A program made the position numbers and the translations under genes. From NCBI GenBank assembly GCA_046075485.1, contig JBJTQF010000153.1:1722-65721 (forward strand): DNA of 64,000 bases. Reading direction: 5' to 3'. The DNA is from Myxococcota bacterium (GTDB lineage Bacteria; Myxococcota_A; UBA796; JAJRTE01; JBJTQF01). The notes under the pieces were generated by a model. That model had not been told where the DNA came from. It was given only the letters and a program-made list of their open reading frames with translations, and ran no database searches. This document shows positions 26,644-37,300 of this stretch, in pieces; positions within the stretch are counted from its first letter, which is position 1, and every line of letters starts with the position of its first letter.

Positions 26644-28860
26644 TTAGGCAGCGGTCTCTTCGGCGGGTGCTCTGGAGGGGCTCAAAGGCTCTCGGCTCGG
26701 CTGCTCTTGCTCTCCTTGGCGCGATTTCCAGGCCATCCACAGCCCTTCCAGCACCAACAAGAGCAGGCCCGCCCACAGCAGGGGATGATTCAGAGGCCGA
26801 CGGCGATCCACCGTGACCTCCCCTTTGACTTCTCCTTGTCCTTCCATCAGCACGGGCAATCCCAGCAGCTTCGCCTGGAGCGCACCGGCGGGCATTGGGC
26901 TGAGATCCGTCTCACGCTCCGGGATGTTCACCGCAAAACCCAGCTCGGGACGCACCACCACGTTGCTGCCCTCACGCTCCATCACCGTATAATGGCCCGG
27001 CACCCGCGCACCTCGGAAGATCACTCGGCGAGGCCGTCCTTCTTCTCCCGGTCTCAACGCACCTCCTTGATCCAGCAGCTCTTCTTTGCCGTCTGGTGTC
27101 AAGACCCAGAGCTTTTTCTGAGAGGGCACCAGCTCCAAGACCACCGGCTGCTCCACCAAAAAGCGCGCGTTTTTTTCCTCTCCCGTCGGATTTCGGGCCA
27201 AATAATGGGTCGCTTCTTGCACAAAGGGCAAAAAGATCGACTTCAGCGGAAAATCTGTCCAGTCTCGATCCATGCTGGAGGTAAAGAGCAGCACCCGCCC
27301 TGCCCCCACTTCCCGCGCCAGCAACGCCGGAAGCCCGTTGGTGAACTTCAGCAGGACCGAGGCATCCGCCTTCAGCGTCGGGGCCGTCGGCACCACCTTA
27401 TAGAAGGCAATGGTGCCAAACACATTGGATCCCGCTTCACGAAAGACCTGAAAGATCGGATGGTTGACCTCGGGCATCATCAGCGCCGGTGGTTTTTCTC
27501 CGGTCAGATCCATCGATGCGGCCTTCACCTCTCCCATCGAAGCGGGCAGAAGCTCTCCCAGCCGTCGGTTGTAGACTTCCGGGTTCACTTGGCTGCCCAC
27601 GCCAATCAAGAGCCCACCGCCCGCCTTCACGTAGTTGAGCAGGCGCTCCGCCAGCGGCCCCGGATCACTCACGTTGAGCAGGTAGACCACCGGATATTGA
27701 CGCGGATCCAGCTTGGGCACCGCCCCTTCTCCCACCACCACCGGCGTCACCCGCGAACCACTGGCCCGCCGAGGGTTCAGCGCCCGCTCGACAAAAAACG
27801 ACTCCGCGCTGGTCAAATATTCCCCAGGCTCACCGTCGATCACCAAGACGTTCAGATCTCGCCGACTGGTGAGGCGAAAGTAGGTGCTGTTGTCCGCTTC
27901 CAGGTTGTCGGGGCCCAAGGTCAAGGTGCCTTCCCCTTCTGGATCCACCTGCGCCGGAAGGGTGAACACCTTCTCACGCTGCCCTTCTCCGCCCGACACA
28001 AACCCTCGGGACAGCACCTGCCCACCCAAGCTCAGATCCAGCGGACTCTCGGCGCTGAGCCCTTCCCCTTGCGCACGCACCTGCGCGGTGATCTTGACCT
28101 TTCCCCCTTCGCCCCCTTCTCGTCCAGCCTGCACACTCAGGAGCGAACGATTGGAGCGTTTTTCATCGCTGAGCTGCGTCACCACCAAACGTACCCGCCC
28201 CTCAAGCTGCGGCGGCAATTTCAGTCCCACTTCTCCTGGCAAGCTCACCGCCGTATTGTCTGAGAGCAGATACAGATCGCCGCCTCCTTCTGGAGAGGAG
28301 AGCAGTGCTCGTAATCCAGCCAAGACCGCGGGCTTGAGATTGGTCTCACCATACGAGGGCTTAACCTCGGCGAGCACCCGGCGCAAGCGTCCCAGATCCG
28401 GGGTCACGCCACCCAGCAGGTCGTTGGGCTCCTGATTAAAGACGATCAGCCCCACCCGGCCTCCTTCGGGGAGCCGCTGGACCACTTCTTCTACCCGCTC
28501 GCGTGCGCGCTCGAGCAAGCTCTTGCCATCCACTTGGTAAGACATTGACATCGAGTTGTCGAGCAAGAAGATCACGTTGTTGCCCAGATCGGCACCGGCG
28601 GGCACTTGGGTCTGATACTGAAGCAAGGGACTGGTGAAGGCCAACACCACCGCCAGCAACGCCAGAATGCGCAGGAGCAACAGGAAGGGATCACGCACCC
28701 GACGCCGACGCTTGAGCTTCTTCTGCGCGCTGAGCAAAAAACGTAAGGCAGGAAAGTCGATCTGCGGCACACGCCGACGGTCAATCAGATGCAGGAGCAG
28801 GGGCACGGCCACCGCGAGGGCACCCAAAAAAGCCAGCGGCACCAGGAAATTGAGGCTCAT
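26644..28860 (-). CDS. BatA-type N-terminal double-TM / vWA domain protein (738 aa)
   Basis: N-terminus MSLNFLVPLAFLGALAVAVPLLLHLIDRRR..FPALRFL matches the aerotolerance BatA N-terminal pattern. vWA MIDAS LLDNSMSMS. ATGA overlap with the upstream DUF58 gene. Confidence 0.8.
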   Translation of the reverse strand: MSLNFLVPLAFLGALAVAVPLLLHLIDRRRVPQIDFPALRFLLSAQKKLKRRRRVRDPFLLLLRILALLAVVLAFTSPLLQYQTQVPAGADLGNNVIFLLDNSMSMSYQVDGKSLLERARERVEEVVQRLPEGGRVGLIVFNQEPNDLLGGVTPDLGRLRRVLAEVKPSYGETNLKPAVLAGLRALLSSPEGGGDLYLLSDNTAVSLPGEVGLKLPPQLEGRVRLVVTQLSDEKRSNRSLLSVQAGREGGEGGKVKITAQVRAQGEGLSAESPLDLSLGGQVLSRGFVSGGEGQREKVFTLPAQVDPEGEGTLTLGPDNLEADNSTYFRLTSRRDLNVLVIDGEPGEYLTSAESFFVERALNPRRASGSRVTPVVVGEGAVPKLDPRQYPVVYLLNVSDPGPLAERLLNYVKAGGGLLIGVGSQVNPEVYNRRLGELLPASMGEVKAASMDLTGEKPPALMMPEVNHPIFQVFREAGSNVFGTIAFYKVVPTAPTLKADASVLLKFTNGLPALLAREVGAGRVLLFTSSMDRDWTDFPLKSIFLPFVQEATHYLARNPTGEEKNARFLVEQPVVLELVPSQKKLWVLTPDGKEELLDQGGALRPGEEGRPRRVIFRGARVPGHYTVMEREGSNVVVRPELGFAVNIPERETDLSPMPAGALQAKLLGLPVLMEGQGEVKGEVTVDRRRPLNHPLLWAGLLLLVLEGLWMAWKSRQGEQEQPSREPLSPSRAPAEETAA

Positions 28861-29843
28861 CGGCGACGTCCTCCCTGTCGATCCGCCGAGAGCGCGGCCA
28901 GGGCTTCGACCACCGGTGTCTGGGTGTTGATCAGCCGATGTTCGACCTGCGCTTCAAAGCTGCCCTGTCGGATGAGCTCAAGCCATGCTTGAAGTTCTCT
29001 CAGATAACCGTCCTTTATTTCACGCGGATCGGCGATCAAAAATGATTCGCGAGCTTCTGGATCTTCAAACCGGCTCACATCGTCGTAGGGAAACTCCAGC
29101 TCGTCTTTGTGAAGGAGCTGAGCCAGCAGCACATCGTTTCGGCGGGTGCGGAGCCCCTTCAGACTCTCCAAGATCTCCGGGGTGTCTTCCAACAGATCGG
29201 AGATTAAGATCACCAACGAGCGGCGGGTCACACGGGGGGCAAAGTCTCGTAAGGCTTGGGCGATAAACCCTTGCCCTCGACTCTCCGTCTGGCTCAGGGT
29301 GGCCATCAAGGTCGTGAGGTGGGTGCCTCGGGAGCGCGGGGGCAGGATCGTCGAGCCCTCACTTCCAAACGTGACCAAACCCACCGCATCCCCTTGTGTT
29401 ACCAAGAGGGTGGCCAGGGAGGCCGCCAGTAAGGTCGCATAGTCCAAGCGTGTGCTCGGGAGTCGCTCTTCTTCCCGGGCGAGGCTGGGTTTGATGCCTC
29501 GAATCCGCTCCCACCAAGAGCTTAACGGCAGCTTCTGAACCCCTTGCCGCCCGAATCCCATCGAAGCACTCGTGTCGAGCAGGATCCAGGCTTGGAGGTT
29601 GGTCTCCTCTTCATATCGCTTGACGTAATATTTGTCAGACTTGCCAAAGAGTTTCCAGTCCATGTTCTTGAGGGGATCGCCGGGTGCATATTCCTTATGC
29701 TCGGCAAACTCCACCGACGAACCATGAAAGGGGCTGCGATGGTGGCCGGCACGGAGGCCCTCCACAATACGGCGAGATCTGAGCGCAAGCTGCTCCGCTC
29801 GCCCCAGCGTCTCCCGGTCAAACTGGTGTATGATCTCACTCAA
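28857..29843 (-). CDS. DUF58 domain protein (MoxR-associated, vWA-like)
   Basis: Typical DUF58 core (GHHRSPFHGSSVEFAEHKEYAPGDPLKNMDWKLFGKSDKYYVKRYEEE). Starts 4 nt after the moxR stop. Confidence 0.85.
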   Translation of the reverse strand: MSEIIHQFDRETLGRAEQLALRSRRIVEGLRAGHHRSPFHGSSVEFAEHKEYAPGDPLKNMDWKLFGKSDKYYVKRYEEETNLQAWILLDTSASMGFGRQGVQKLPLSSWWERIRGIKPSLAREEERLPSTRLDYATLLAASLATLLVTQGDAVGLVTFGSEGSTILPPRSRGTHLTTLMATLSQTESRGQGFIAQALRDFAPRVTRRSLVILISDLLEDTPEILESLKGLRTRRNDVLLAQLLHKDELEFPYDDVSRFEDPEARESFLIADPREIKDGYLRELQAWLELIRQGSFEAQVEHRLINTQTPVVEALAALSADRQGGRRR

Positions 29844-29847
29844 AGGC

Positions 29848-30876
29848 TCACCCGTTCTCAGGAACCAGCTTCAGGAGCTCGCGCACGATGTCGTCGGGCT
29901 TTTTGCCTTCCGCCTCAGCGCGATAGCTCATCACCAAGCGATGGCGAAGCACCGGGCCCGCCAGGGCTTTGATATCGGACATATCCGCTGCAAAGCGCCC
30001 TTCCAGCACCGCCCTTGCTTTGGCCCCCAAGATCAGAAACTGACTGGCGCGAGGCCCTGCTCCCCACTCCACCCAGTCGTTGACAAAAGACGGAGTTCCG
30101 GGCTCCTTCGGACGGGTGGCCCGTGCCAGCCGCACGGCGTAACGCACGACATGCTCCGCCACCGGCACTCGGCGCACGAGCTCCTGGCAGGCCATAATCT
30201 CGTCGGGGCTGAGGGTCTTCTGAGGCAACGTGCCGCCCCGGGTCGTATTCCGCAGCACGATCTGCACTTCGTCTTCGAGGTTGGGATAGCGCACGACAAT
30301 ATGGAGCATAAAGCGGTCGAGCTGCGCTTCAGGGAGGGGATAGGTGCCCTCTTGCTCCACCGGATTTTGAGTGGCAAACACCATAAAAGGCGGTGGCAAG
30401 GTGTAGGTCTGACCAGCGGCGGTCACGCGATATTCCTGCATCGACTGGAGCAACGCCGCTTGGGTTTTGGGGGGCGTGCGGTTGATCTCATCGGCCAGCA
30501 GGATGTTGGCAAAAACGGGGCCTTGAAGGAATCGATAGACACGCTTGCCTGTGGTCCGATCTTCCTCCAAAATCTCCGTACCGGTGATGTCTGAGGGCAT
30601 CAGATCGGGGGTAAACTGGATACGACTGAAGCTGAGGTTGAGCACGTCGGCCAGGGTGCTCACGAGCAGGGTCTTGGCAAGGCCCGGCACCCCTTCAAAC
30701 AGACAGTGTCCTCGCGCAAACAGCGCAATGAGGAGCAGGTCGATCACCTCGTCCTGTCCGATGATCACATGGTGAAGCTCTTGGCGAATGCGATCTCGCG
30801 CCGCACGGAGGGCCGCCACTTTTGCCACGTCATCCGCAGCGGGATCAAGAAGCACGGTATGGTCAAAGGAAGACAT
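29848..30876 (-). CDS. MoxR-family AAA+ ATPase
   Basis: Walker A GVPGLAKT, Walker B LLADEINR, and the MoxR-typical IIGQDEVIDLLLIAL and C-terminal lid. First gene of the moxR-DUF58-batA operon. Confidence 0.92.
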   Translation of the reverse strand: MSSFDHTVLLDPAADDVAKVAALRAARDRIRQELHHVIIGQDEVIDLLLIALFARGHCLFEGVPGLAKTLLVSTLADVLNLSFSRIQFTPDLMPSDITGTEILEEDRTTGKRVYRFLQGPVFANILLADEINRTPPKTQAALLQSMQEYRVTAAGQTYTLPPPFMVFATQNPVEQEGTYPLPEAQLDRFMLHIVVRYPNLEDEVQIVLRNTTRGGTLPQKTLSPDEIMACQELVRRVPVAEHVVRYAVRLARATRPKEPGTPSFVNDWVEWGAGPRASQFLILGAKARAVLEGRFAADMSDIKALAGPVLRHRLVMSYRAEAEGKKPDDIVRELLKLVPENG

Positions 30877-31010
30877 CGGACTCCCGAACTCAAAACAGGC
30901 TCAGAGGTGACGGCGCAGGCAGCGTTTCCAACGCCAAGACGCAGGTGCATAACACTAGCATCGGGGCGTGCGGGTTTCAAGCCAACGGGCGCACAAACCT
31001 TGCGGTGGCT

Positions 31011-31046
31011 GCATCGCTGGCGGCATCGCTGGCTGCATCGCTGGCG
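31011..31046 (+). repeat. 3 x 12-bp tandem repeat GCATCGCTGGC(G/T)
   Basis: gcatcgctggcg / gcatcgctggct / gcatcgctggcg. It would encode (HRWR/HRWL) repeats if the SpoIID gene starts at the TTG at 31000. Confidence 0.8.
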
Positions 31047-31056
31047 GCTCCTGAGT

Positions 31057-32196
31057 ATGTGCCTGCTTTTTACGGGGCTGTTGTGGTGGGCTCCGCTGCC
31101 GGTGGCACTTCCGTCGTTCCTCGTTTCCAACTTGGCGGCCCAGCCTTTAGAGGTGTCAGTGCCCTCCGCTTCGCCTGCGCCTTCGGTGAGAATTCAGGTG
31201 CTGAGCCGATATCGGCTCGAGCAGCTCAAGCTCTCGGGTCCAGCGGCCTACCATTTGGTGTGGAAAGCGCCACATTTGTTTATGGAGGGCCAGCCGGTGG
31301 CGCTCCCCCTTCGGTTGCCTTCTGCTCGGTGGACCGTACAACTTCCGGGAGGACTCACGCGCACCTACGTGGGCGCGCTCGAGCTGCATGCTCCAGACGG
31401 GACACTGCGGCTGATCTTAAATACCCAGCTTGAGTCCTATGTGGCCCAAGTGGTGCGGGCGGAGAGTGATCCCAAGACACCTCCGGCGACCCTGGAGGCG
31501 CTGGCAGTGGTGGTGCGCTCGTTCGCTCTGGCGCGTCGAGGTGCTCATGAGGGCTCAAACTTGTGTGACCTGGCACACTGTCAGGTCTTTCAAGGACTTC
31601 GTGACAGTGCTGATGCCACCCGTGCGCGACGGGCCACCACTCGGACGCGAGGTTGGCGGCTGGTGCTCGCCGATGGTCGCCCTGCCCTGCCCCTCTTTCA
31701 TGCGGCCTGTGGAGGCCAGACCTTGGATCCCACCGAGCTCTACGAAGGGGCGGATCTCAGTGGTGCGGCAAGTGTGGGAGACTCGGGCTGTGCGCCTCAG
31801 CCCTGGCAGCTCCGGCTGACTCGGAAGGCGCTGGCGGATGGGCTCGCTCAGCTCTTTTGGCCTGGCGGACAAGCGGGGGTGCCGGGGCCCGAACACATCC
31901 GGCTTGACACGGGAGTGGGCGGTGTGCTCCGCTGGGTGCAGGATCTGCGCTCGGGCGAGCGGCGGCGCGGCGAGAAGCTCTTTCGGCTGCTGGGGGAGTC
32001 TCAGGGTTGGGATCGTCTCCGCAGCCCCCGCTTTACGTGGGAGCGTCAAGGTGAGCTTTACCTCATACGAGGGCAAGGGCTGGGGCATGGGGTGGGGTTA
32101 TGTCAGCTCGGGGCGAGGCGGCGGGCACTCGAAGGTGCTTCGGCGGAGGCCATCTTGCAGCATTATTTTCCGCATGCTCGGCTCTTCAAGGAGTGA
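31057..32196 (+). CDS. SpoIID/LytB domain protein
   Basis: SpoIID-like motifs YVAQVVRAE...EALAVVVRSFAL, CDLAHCQVFQG, ACGGQT and GHGVGLCQLGA. The track start at 30706 overlaps moxR. The start is more likely the ATG at 31057 or the TTG at 31000, ahead of a hydrophobic signal (MCLLFTGLLWWAPLP). Confidence 0.8.
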   Translation: MCLLFTGLLWWAPLPVALPSFLVSNLAAQPLEVSVPSASPAPSVRIQVLSRYRLEQLKLSGPAAYHLVWKAPHLFMEGQPVALPLRLPSARWTVQLPGGLTRTYVGALELHAPDGTLRLILNTQLESYVAQVVRAESDPKTPPATLEALAVVVRSFALARRGAHEGSNLCDLAHCQVFQGLRDSADATRARRATTRTRGWRLVLADGRPALPLFHAACGGQTLDPTELYEGADLSGAASVGDSGCAPQPWQLRLTRKALADGLAQLFWPGGQAGVPGPEHIRLDTGVGGVLRWVQDLRSGERRRGEKLFRLLGESQGWDRLRSPRFTWERQGELYLIRGQGLGHGVGLCQLGARRRALEGASAEAILQHYFPHARLFKE

Positions 32197-32497
32197 CCTG
32201 CCACTGGCTTGAGTCTTGCCCTTGGGTAGCAAATCCGCAGAAAGATGTGTGGCTTTTTCAGAGGGATGTGTCATCACTTCGCTACAAGACACCCAGCAAC
32301 AGACAGAATGTTGAATCAAAACCCTCTCAATCGATTTCCAACCCTTTGAATTTATTCATTTTTATTCCCCTCAAAAATATGATCGGCGGCTGCTCAACAT
32401 GGCCGTCGAGTTGCTTCTGGGTGTATTGCACCGCTGAAGCGTCCAAATCTTAGCCCTTATTATATGGCGGTGTTGACTCAAACCCTGGAGGACACCA

Positions 32498-32973
32498 TGC
32501 ATTCCCCTACCCTTTTTCCGGAAGCTGGCAAGAAAGGTGTGACGGTGTTGGCATTTGGCTCCTGCTCGATGCACCCGTGGTCCCCCCCTGTCTGGGTGTG
32601 GCGGTTTAGCCTGCTCAGCCTGCTCAGCCTGCTCAGCCTGCTCAGCCTGCTGGGATGGACTCCCTCTCTGATGGCCAAGCCGGATGTCTCCACCGCCGAG
32701 GGGGTGGACTCAGCCGTATCCTCTCAGGGGCTCCTGTTGTACCCGCCCTCCCATGCACTTTTTCCGCCCACACGCCATCAAGAGCGCCAAGCTGCGCCGG
32801 TTGTGGCGATGCCTGAGGAGGTAGAGCCGCAGTCTGCACCGGCTCAGACGGAAGAGGAGGAAGATCCCTGTCCTCGCCCCACCGAGCCCAGCGACACCGA
32901 GGAGCTTCCGGCTTGGCTCAAGTCGCTGATCGAGACCGGTGCTGGCCCTCTGGGAACCTGTGGCAGTCCGTAA
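32498..32973 (+). CDS. Hypothetical small secreted acidic protein
   Basis: ATG at 32498 lies 5 nt after GGAGG. Hydrophobic (LLS)4 segment, then an acidic, Pro-rich region. No recognisable domain. Confidence 0.35.
32608..32650 (+). repeat. 9-bp in-frame tandem repeat AGCCTGCTC, about 4.5 copies
   Basis: It encodes LLSLLSLLSLLSLL inside the putative signal peptide of the 32498 ORF. Confidence 0.85.
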
Positions 32974-33043
32974 GCAGCTCCTCCGCGACCGGTGAGAGGC
33001 CATCGTTTGGCAGACCGTATGATTCATCTGCTCATGTGCCTGC

Positions 33044-34324
33044 TTATTCGCCCGCTCCACCTCGAAGGGTGTCTTGCTTGAGACGTTTGATCAGCACGCG
33101 GCTCAGCTCGGGATCCTCTTGACCGATCAGCAGGTCTACCGCCCGCTCCAGCTCCAGATTGGCCAGCCGAAGCGCCGTCTCTTTGATGTGAGGCCAATGC
33201 ACTTCATAGATGCGGTTCTTACGAAAATGGCTCGGATGGCTGCGGATCACCAGCTCCATGATAAACTGGCGCTCTCGGAGGGCGCTCAGCAGCTCACGTT
33301 CTTCTCGCGGCAGCTCGAGCCAGAGGATGTCCAAGCTGAAGGGCATCGGGATATCTTGATAGTTTAGAATCTGGACGATCTGCTCATTCAGCAGCCACAG
33401 AGAGCTGGGCGGACGAAGCACCATCCACATCACCGCTTTCATCTCAAAGGGCTCTCGTCGCCAGCCCATGCCGGGCTTCCAATCCAACTGTCGAGGCAGG
33501 ATCAACGCCCGATGGGTCAGCAGCGCCGCCCGCATCAGCAGGGGAATGTCTTCAATTCGCTGAGAAAGTGGAGGTGAGCTCAGGGACGGGTGCCCTTTAC
33601 CCAGCACTTCAGACGCCGCCCGCTGAAGGGTCTGCTCCACCGCGCGCCGGGTCTGCTCCTGAAGCCGGAGACGCTCGCGGTGTTGCCAAAGCAGAGGACT
33701 TTCTCCAATCTCTCCCCAGGCATCGGGCTTGCCAAACGGGGGCTCACGCTCCAGCTCATGCTCTTGGTCAAACTCAAAAGCGCGATGAGAAAACAGCAGC
33801 AAGAGCTGATTGCCCAGGGCGATCACGTCTCCTTCTTGGCAGGTATGCTCCTGCATCTGTCGGCGATTCACCCGCATGAGCTTCTCGCCACTCTGATCGG
33901 ACAGGATCACTTCTCCCAGCCGAGACCAGCTACACTCGACGAGCGAGCGCGAGATGTGGGGATCGGTCAGCGGCCCGCCATCGGCAAATCCCCGAGGGTG
34001 CCACATGCCAAAGCTCACCATCCGACCCGGTTTACGGAAGCTGGCATGCAGCCGTCCCACATGCTGCTTCCCGTAAAAAAGCCGAGCACACTCTCCCACC
34101 CGCTCTGGCTCATACTTGCACCACAGGATAATAAAGGTCGGTCGCAACATCGGCACGGGCGGAACCAGCATCCCTTGCCCCAGCGTCATGGCCGGAAGCT
34201 CCTCACGGCTGACCGTCTCTGAGAGGGTCTCGGAGGCCGCATGCTCCAGCCCCGACTCGTCCAACGTGTTCGCCCCAGGCGAATGACGATGGCTCTGATC
34301 ACGCATGCAACCCTCCACGAACAA
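33044..34324 (-). CDS. FHA-like domain protein resembling a sigma54 enhancer-binding protein without its AAA+ core (tentative)
   Basis: FHA-like stretch HISRSLVECSW..EVILSDQSGEKLMRVNRRQM....QEGDVIALGNQLLLLF. Then IGESPLLWQ and EDIPLLMRAAL, which resemble EBP linker and lid motifs but lie only about 50 aa apart. Starts 17 nt after the kinase stop. Confidence 0.55.
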   Translation of the reverse strand: MFVEGCMRDQSHRHSPGANTLDESGLEHAASETLSETVSREELPAMTLGQGMLVPPVPMLRPTFIILWCKYEPERVGECARLFYGKQHVGRLHASFRKPGRMVSFGMWHPRGFADGGPLTDPHISRSLVECSWSRLGEVILSDQSGEKLMRVNRRQMQEHTCQEGDVIALGNQLLLLFSHRAFEFDQEHELEREPPFGKPDAWGEIGESPLLWQHRERLRLQEQTRRAVEQTLQRAASEVLGKGHPSLSSPPLSQRIEDIPLLMRAALLTHRALILPRQLDWKPGMGWRREPFEMKAVMWMVLRPPSSLWLLNEQIVQILNYQDIPMPFSLDILWLELPREERELLSALRERQFIMELVIRSHPSHFRKNRIYEVHWPHIKETALRLANLELERAVDLLIGQEDPELSRVLIKRLKQDTLRGGAGE

Positions 34325-34341
34325 GGCGAGAGAAAGAGGAA

Positions 34342-37300
34342 TTATGCGCCCAACAGCGCATCCACCGGCAGATAAAGGCGAGCAAATCGGCGAGGATGCA
34401 CCACCCCCAGAGCACGAAGCTGTGTTTGAATACGCGCACGCTCGGCCTGATCCTGGTGGAGACGGGCCCAGCGTACATAAAGACGGTGCGCTTCCTGCTC
34501 CGCCTGCTCAAAGAGCTGCTCCGATGCCAGCAGAAGCTCCTCGAGCGGCGGCTTCAACCGGGGAAGTCTCCGCGCCTGCAAACACTTCAGCCCCGCTTCC
34601 AGCAACAGCGCCTGAGCCTTCGCCGGGGCCTGTTGCTCCAACCGGAGCACCCAGCAGCATCGCCTTACCCGTGCATGCCACCCAAAACGCTGAGGATGCT
34701 GTGGATGTTGCTCCAGCGCCGCCAACAGACTGTGACCCAAAATGCAGGTCCGAAAGATGCGCATGTGCTGCGGAAACATCAGCATGCTTGACCAAAACGC
34801 ACGCCCCGCCGGGAGCAGTGTTGTCACCGCTTCTTCTGCCTTGCCCATATAAAGCAGGTAACGAGCGAGCGAGTGGGTCCAAAAAAAATGCTGGAGATGC
34901 GTCTCTTGGAAAGGCCACGCGGCTTGTCCCTCCTCAAAGAGCGGCAAAAAATCTTCCGGGCGATCTTCCACCAAGGTCTGAAAGGCCAGCCCCACCGTGA
35001 GGAGGTGGACTTTCACATGCCGCTGCTGACGCTGCGTGGCATCGTCGAGCATGCCTGCCATCCAGCCTGCATGGGCCACAAAATCACCCCGCTGAAATGC
35101 AGACTCCATCCCGTAGATTTTGGCTGAAACGATACGAAATGCATCAATATTATCCAGTGAGTTGACTTTCTGAAGTGAGAGCTGCTGAAGCAGTTGGATC
35201 GCAGGCGCACACAGGGCCTCACACGCTCGCCAGCGACATTGATGATGGTAAGCCTTGCCAAGCTGAAGCATCCAGCTCCCCCTCAGCTCACTCAGCCCTT
35301 GAGCCGCCATCAGCCGCTCGGCTTCTTGGCGCATGCGCTCCACCCATCCCAGCGACAGAACACCTCCCGCCGAAAAACAGAAGACCTCCATCGCCAGGGC
35401 ACGAAGCAGCCGCATCGGATCGTTGCGTCGCAATAACAGACGCATGCGTCGGCCTTGAAACTCCGCCGCCGTCAGCGGGTCGATCAGCCCCAAACTCTGG
35501 ACGACACTGGCGCAGACATCCAGATAGTGCTGCTCTGAAGATGTGGGAGGCTGTTTCCAGCACTTCCGCCAGGGCCACAAGAGCTGAATGAGCAATAACG
35601 ACCCCATGATGGACACAATACGCCGCCACGCCGGACGACGCAGCTTCAGCCCATACCGGTTAAACTGGAGCTGCATCAGCGTGAGCCCCTTCTCCAGCGC
35701 CCCACTCACCGCATAATGCAGGGTCGCCGCCCTCAACAGCTCATCACGCTCCGGCTCGTCAGGAGGCGAGAGGGCATACGCCTGCTCGAGCAGCTCCGCC
35801 GCGTGCAAGCCGTCCCCTGCGAGCTGACAGCTTTGAGAATAACGGATCAACATGTCTCGTCTACGGCGAGGCGCCCACGCCAGCCGGGTCTGAAGCGGCT
35901 CCGCTCGCTGAAACAACGAGAGGGCCAGGGCCACCGCACCATGTTGAAGGGCCTTCTCCGCTCGGGTCAAGAGCTGGGTCATGGCCTGCTCCCAGGCTTC
36001 GGCCTCCAGATACAGCTCCGCGAGGGCTTCATGCTCGGCTCCTTCCAGCACCTCCAGCGCCTGTGCCAGCCGCAGGGCCAAGAGCCGTTTCATCGGTGAC
36101 TGTAACCTCGAGAGCACCGCCCGCCGATACTGAAAGTGGGTAAACTCCACCACCCGCAGCAGCCGAGTGCCTGCGGTTTTGATCCATCGAAGCTCCAGCA
36201 GCCGCTCCAGCCACGCCTGAAGTTGAGGCGGCTCTTGCAGGGCCTGAAACAACACGGGCCAAGAGAGGGGTTGATCCAGCAGGGCCAGCAGCTCCAAGGG
36301 GGTTTGCAACGGCGGGGGCAGTCGCTCCAGCTCTTGTAATAGCAGATCTTCCCGCGTAAGCACGGGCGCGGGTGAGGTCTGGCTCAGCTCTTGCAGTCCA
36401 TGCTGCAACCACTTCTGGAGAAAGAGCGGACTGCCACCGGCGATTGCCACCGCACGTTGTCGTTGCTCTGGGCTCAGCTCTGGAAAGAGCCAGTCGGCGA
36501 GCTGAGCTGCGGCTTCAGGGGCCAAGGGCTCGAGGCGCAGGCGACGACACCGCACCCGGGAGGTCTGGTCCAGCAGCACCTGAAAAAAAGGGGTGAGGCT
36601 GGCGCCGATGGGCTGCATAAAACCCAACATGCGCATGGGAGGGCCGGAATCCGCCAGATGTAAGGCGCGCAAGAGCTGGGCGGAGTCTTCGTCGGCCCAC
36701 TGAAGGTCATCGATCAGCCACACCACCGGCTTGAGGGTCTGAAGCTGACGCACCACCATCACTACACCCGAAAAAAAGAGCTGCTGCCGACGCTGAGGGG
36801 GCATCGGCTCTGGCTCTTCACGAAGCTGAAAAACATCCTCCAGGCGTGGAAACCGCTGACAGAGTGCTGCCCGTTCATCCAAGCTGAGGGCCTGCAAGCA
36901 GTGTGATGGCAAGCGACGCACTTCCTCCATCACCTCTTCCAGCACGTCGTCGAGGGCCTTAAACGGAACGTCGGCGCGCTCACGACACAGGCCACCAAAG
37001 ACCCACACCACACGCTGCTGAAGGCGCTGCTGAAGCGCACGCAGCAAGGCGGACTTGCCAATGCCCGATTCTCCCTCCACCAGCAACAGCCGCTCGGGGG
37101 TCAGCGGTCGCCCCAAGAGCCACTGCTCCAGCAGGTCCAGCATGGCATGACGCCCGATCAAGGGGGGCTCCGTTTGAAGCGGAGGCGCTTGTTCTCGCCG
37201 CACCTGCTCAGCCCCGAGCTGCTCCAAGAGCTGTGTACCTCCCGCTCGTACACGCGGTGAGGGGACCAGCAACTGGTTGATCCATTGGCTCCACATCGGC

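Noticed and set aside
30706-31056. The N-terminal 117 codons of the track ORF 30706..32196 as part of the SpoIID gene.
   Set aside because: This part overlaps the moxR coding region and its start on the opposite strand and has an implausible composition. The hydrophobic signal sequence begins right after the ATG at 31057 (or the TTG at 31000).
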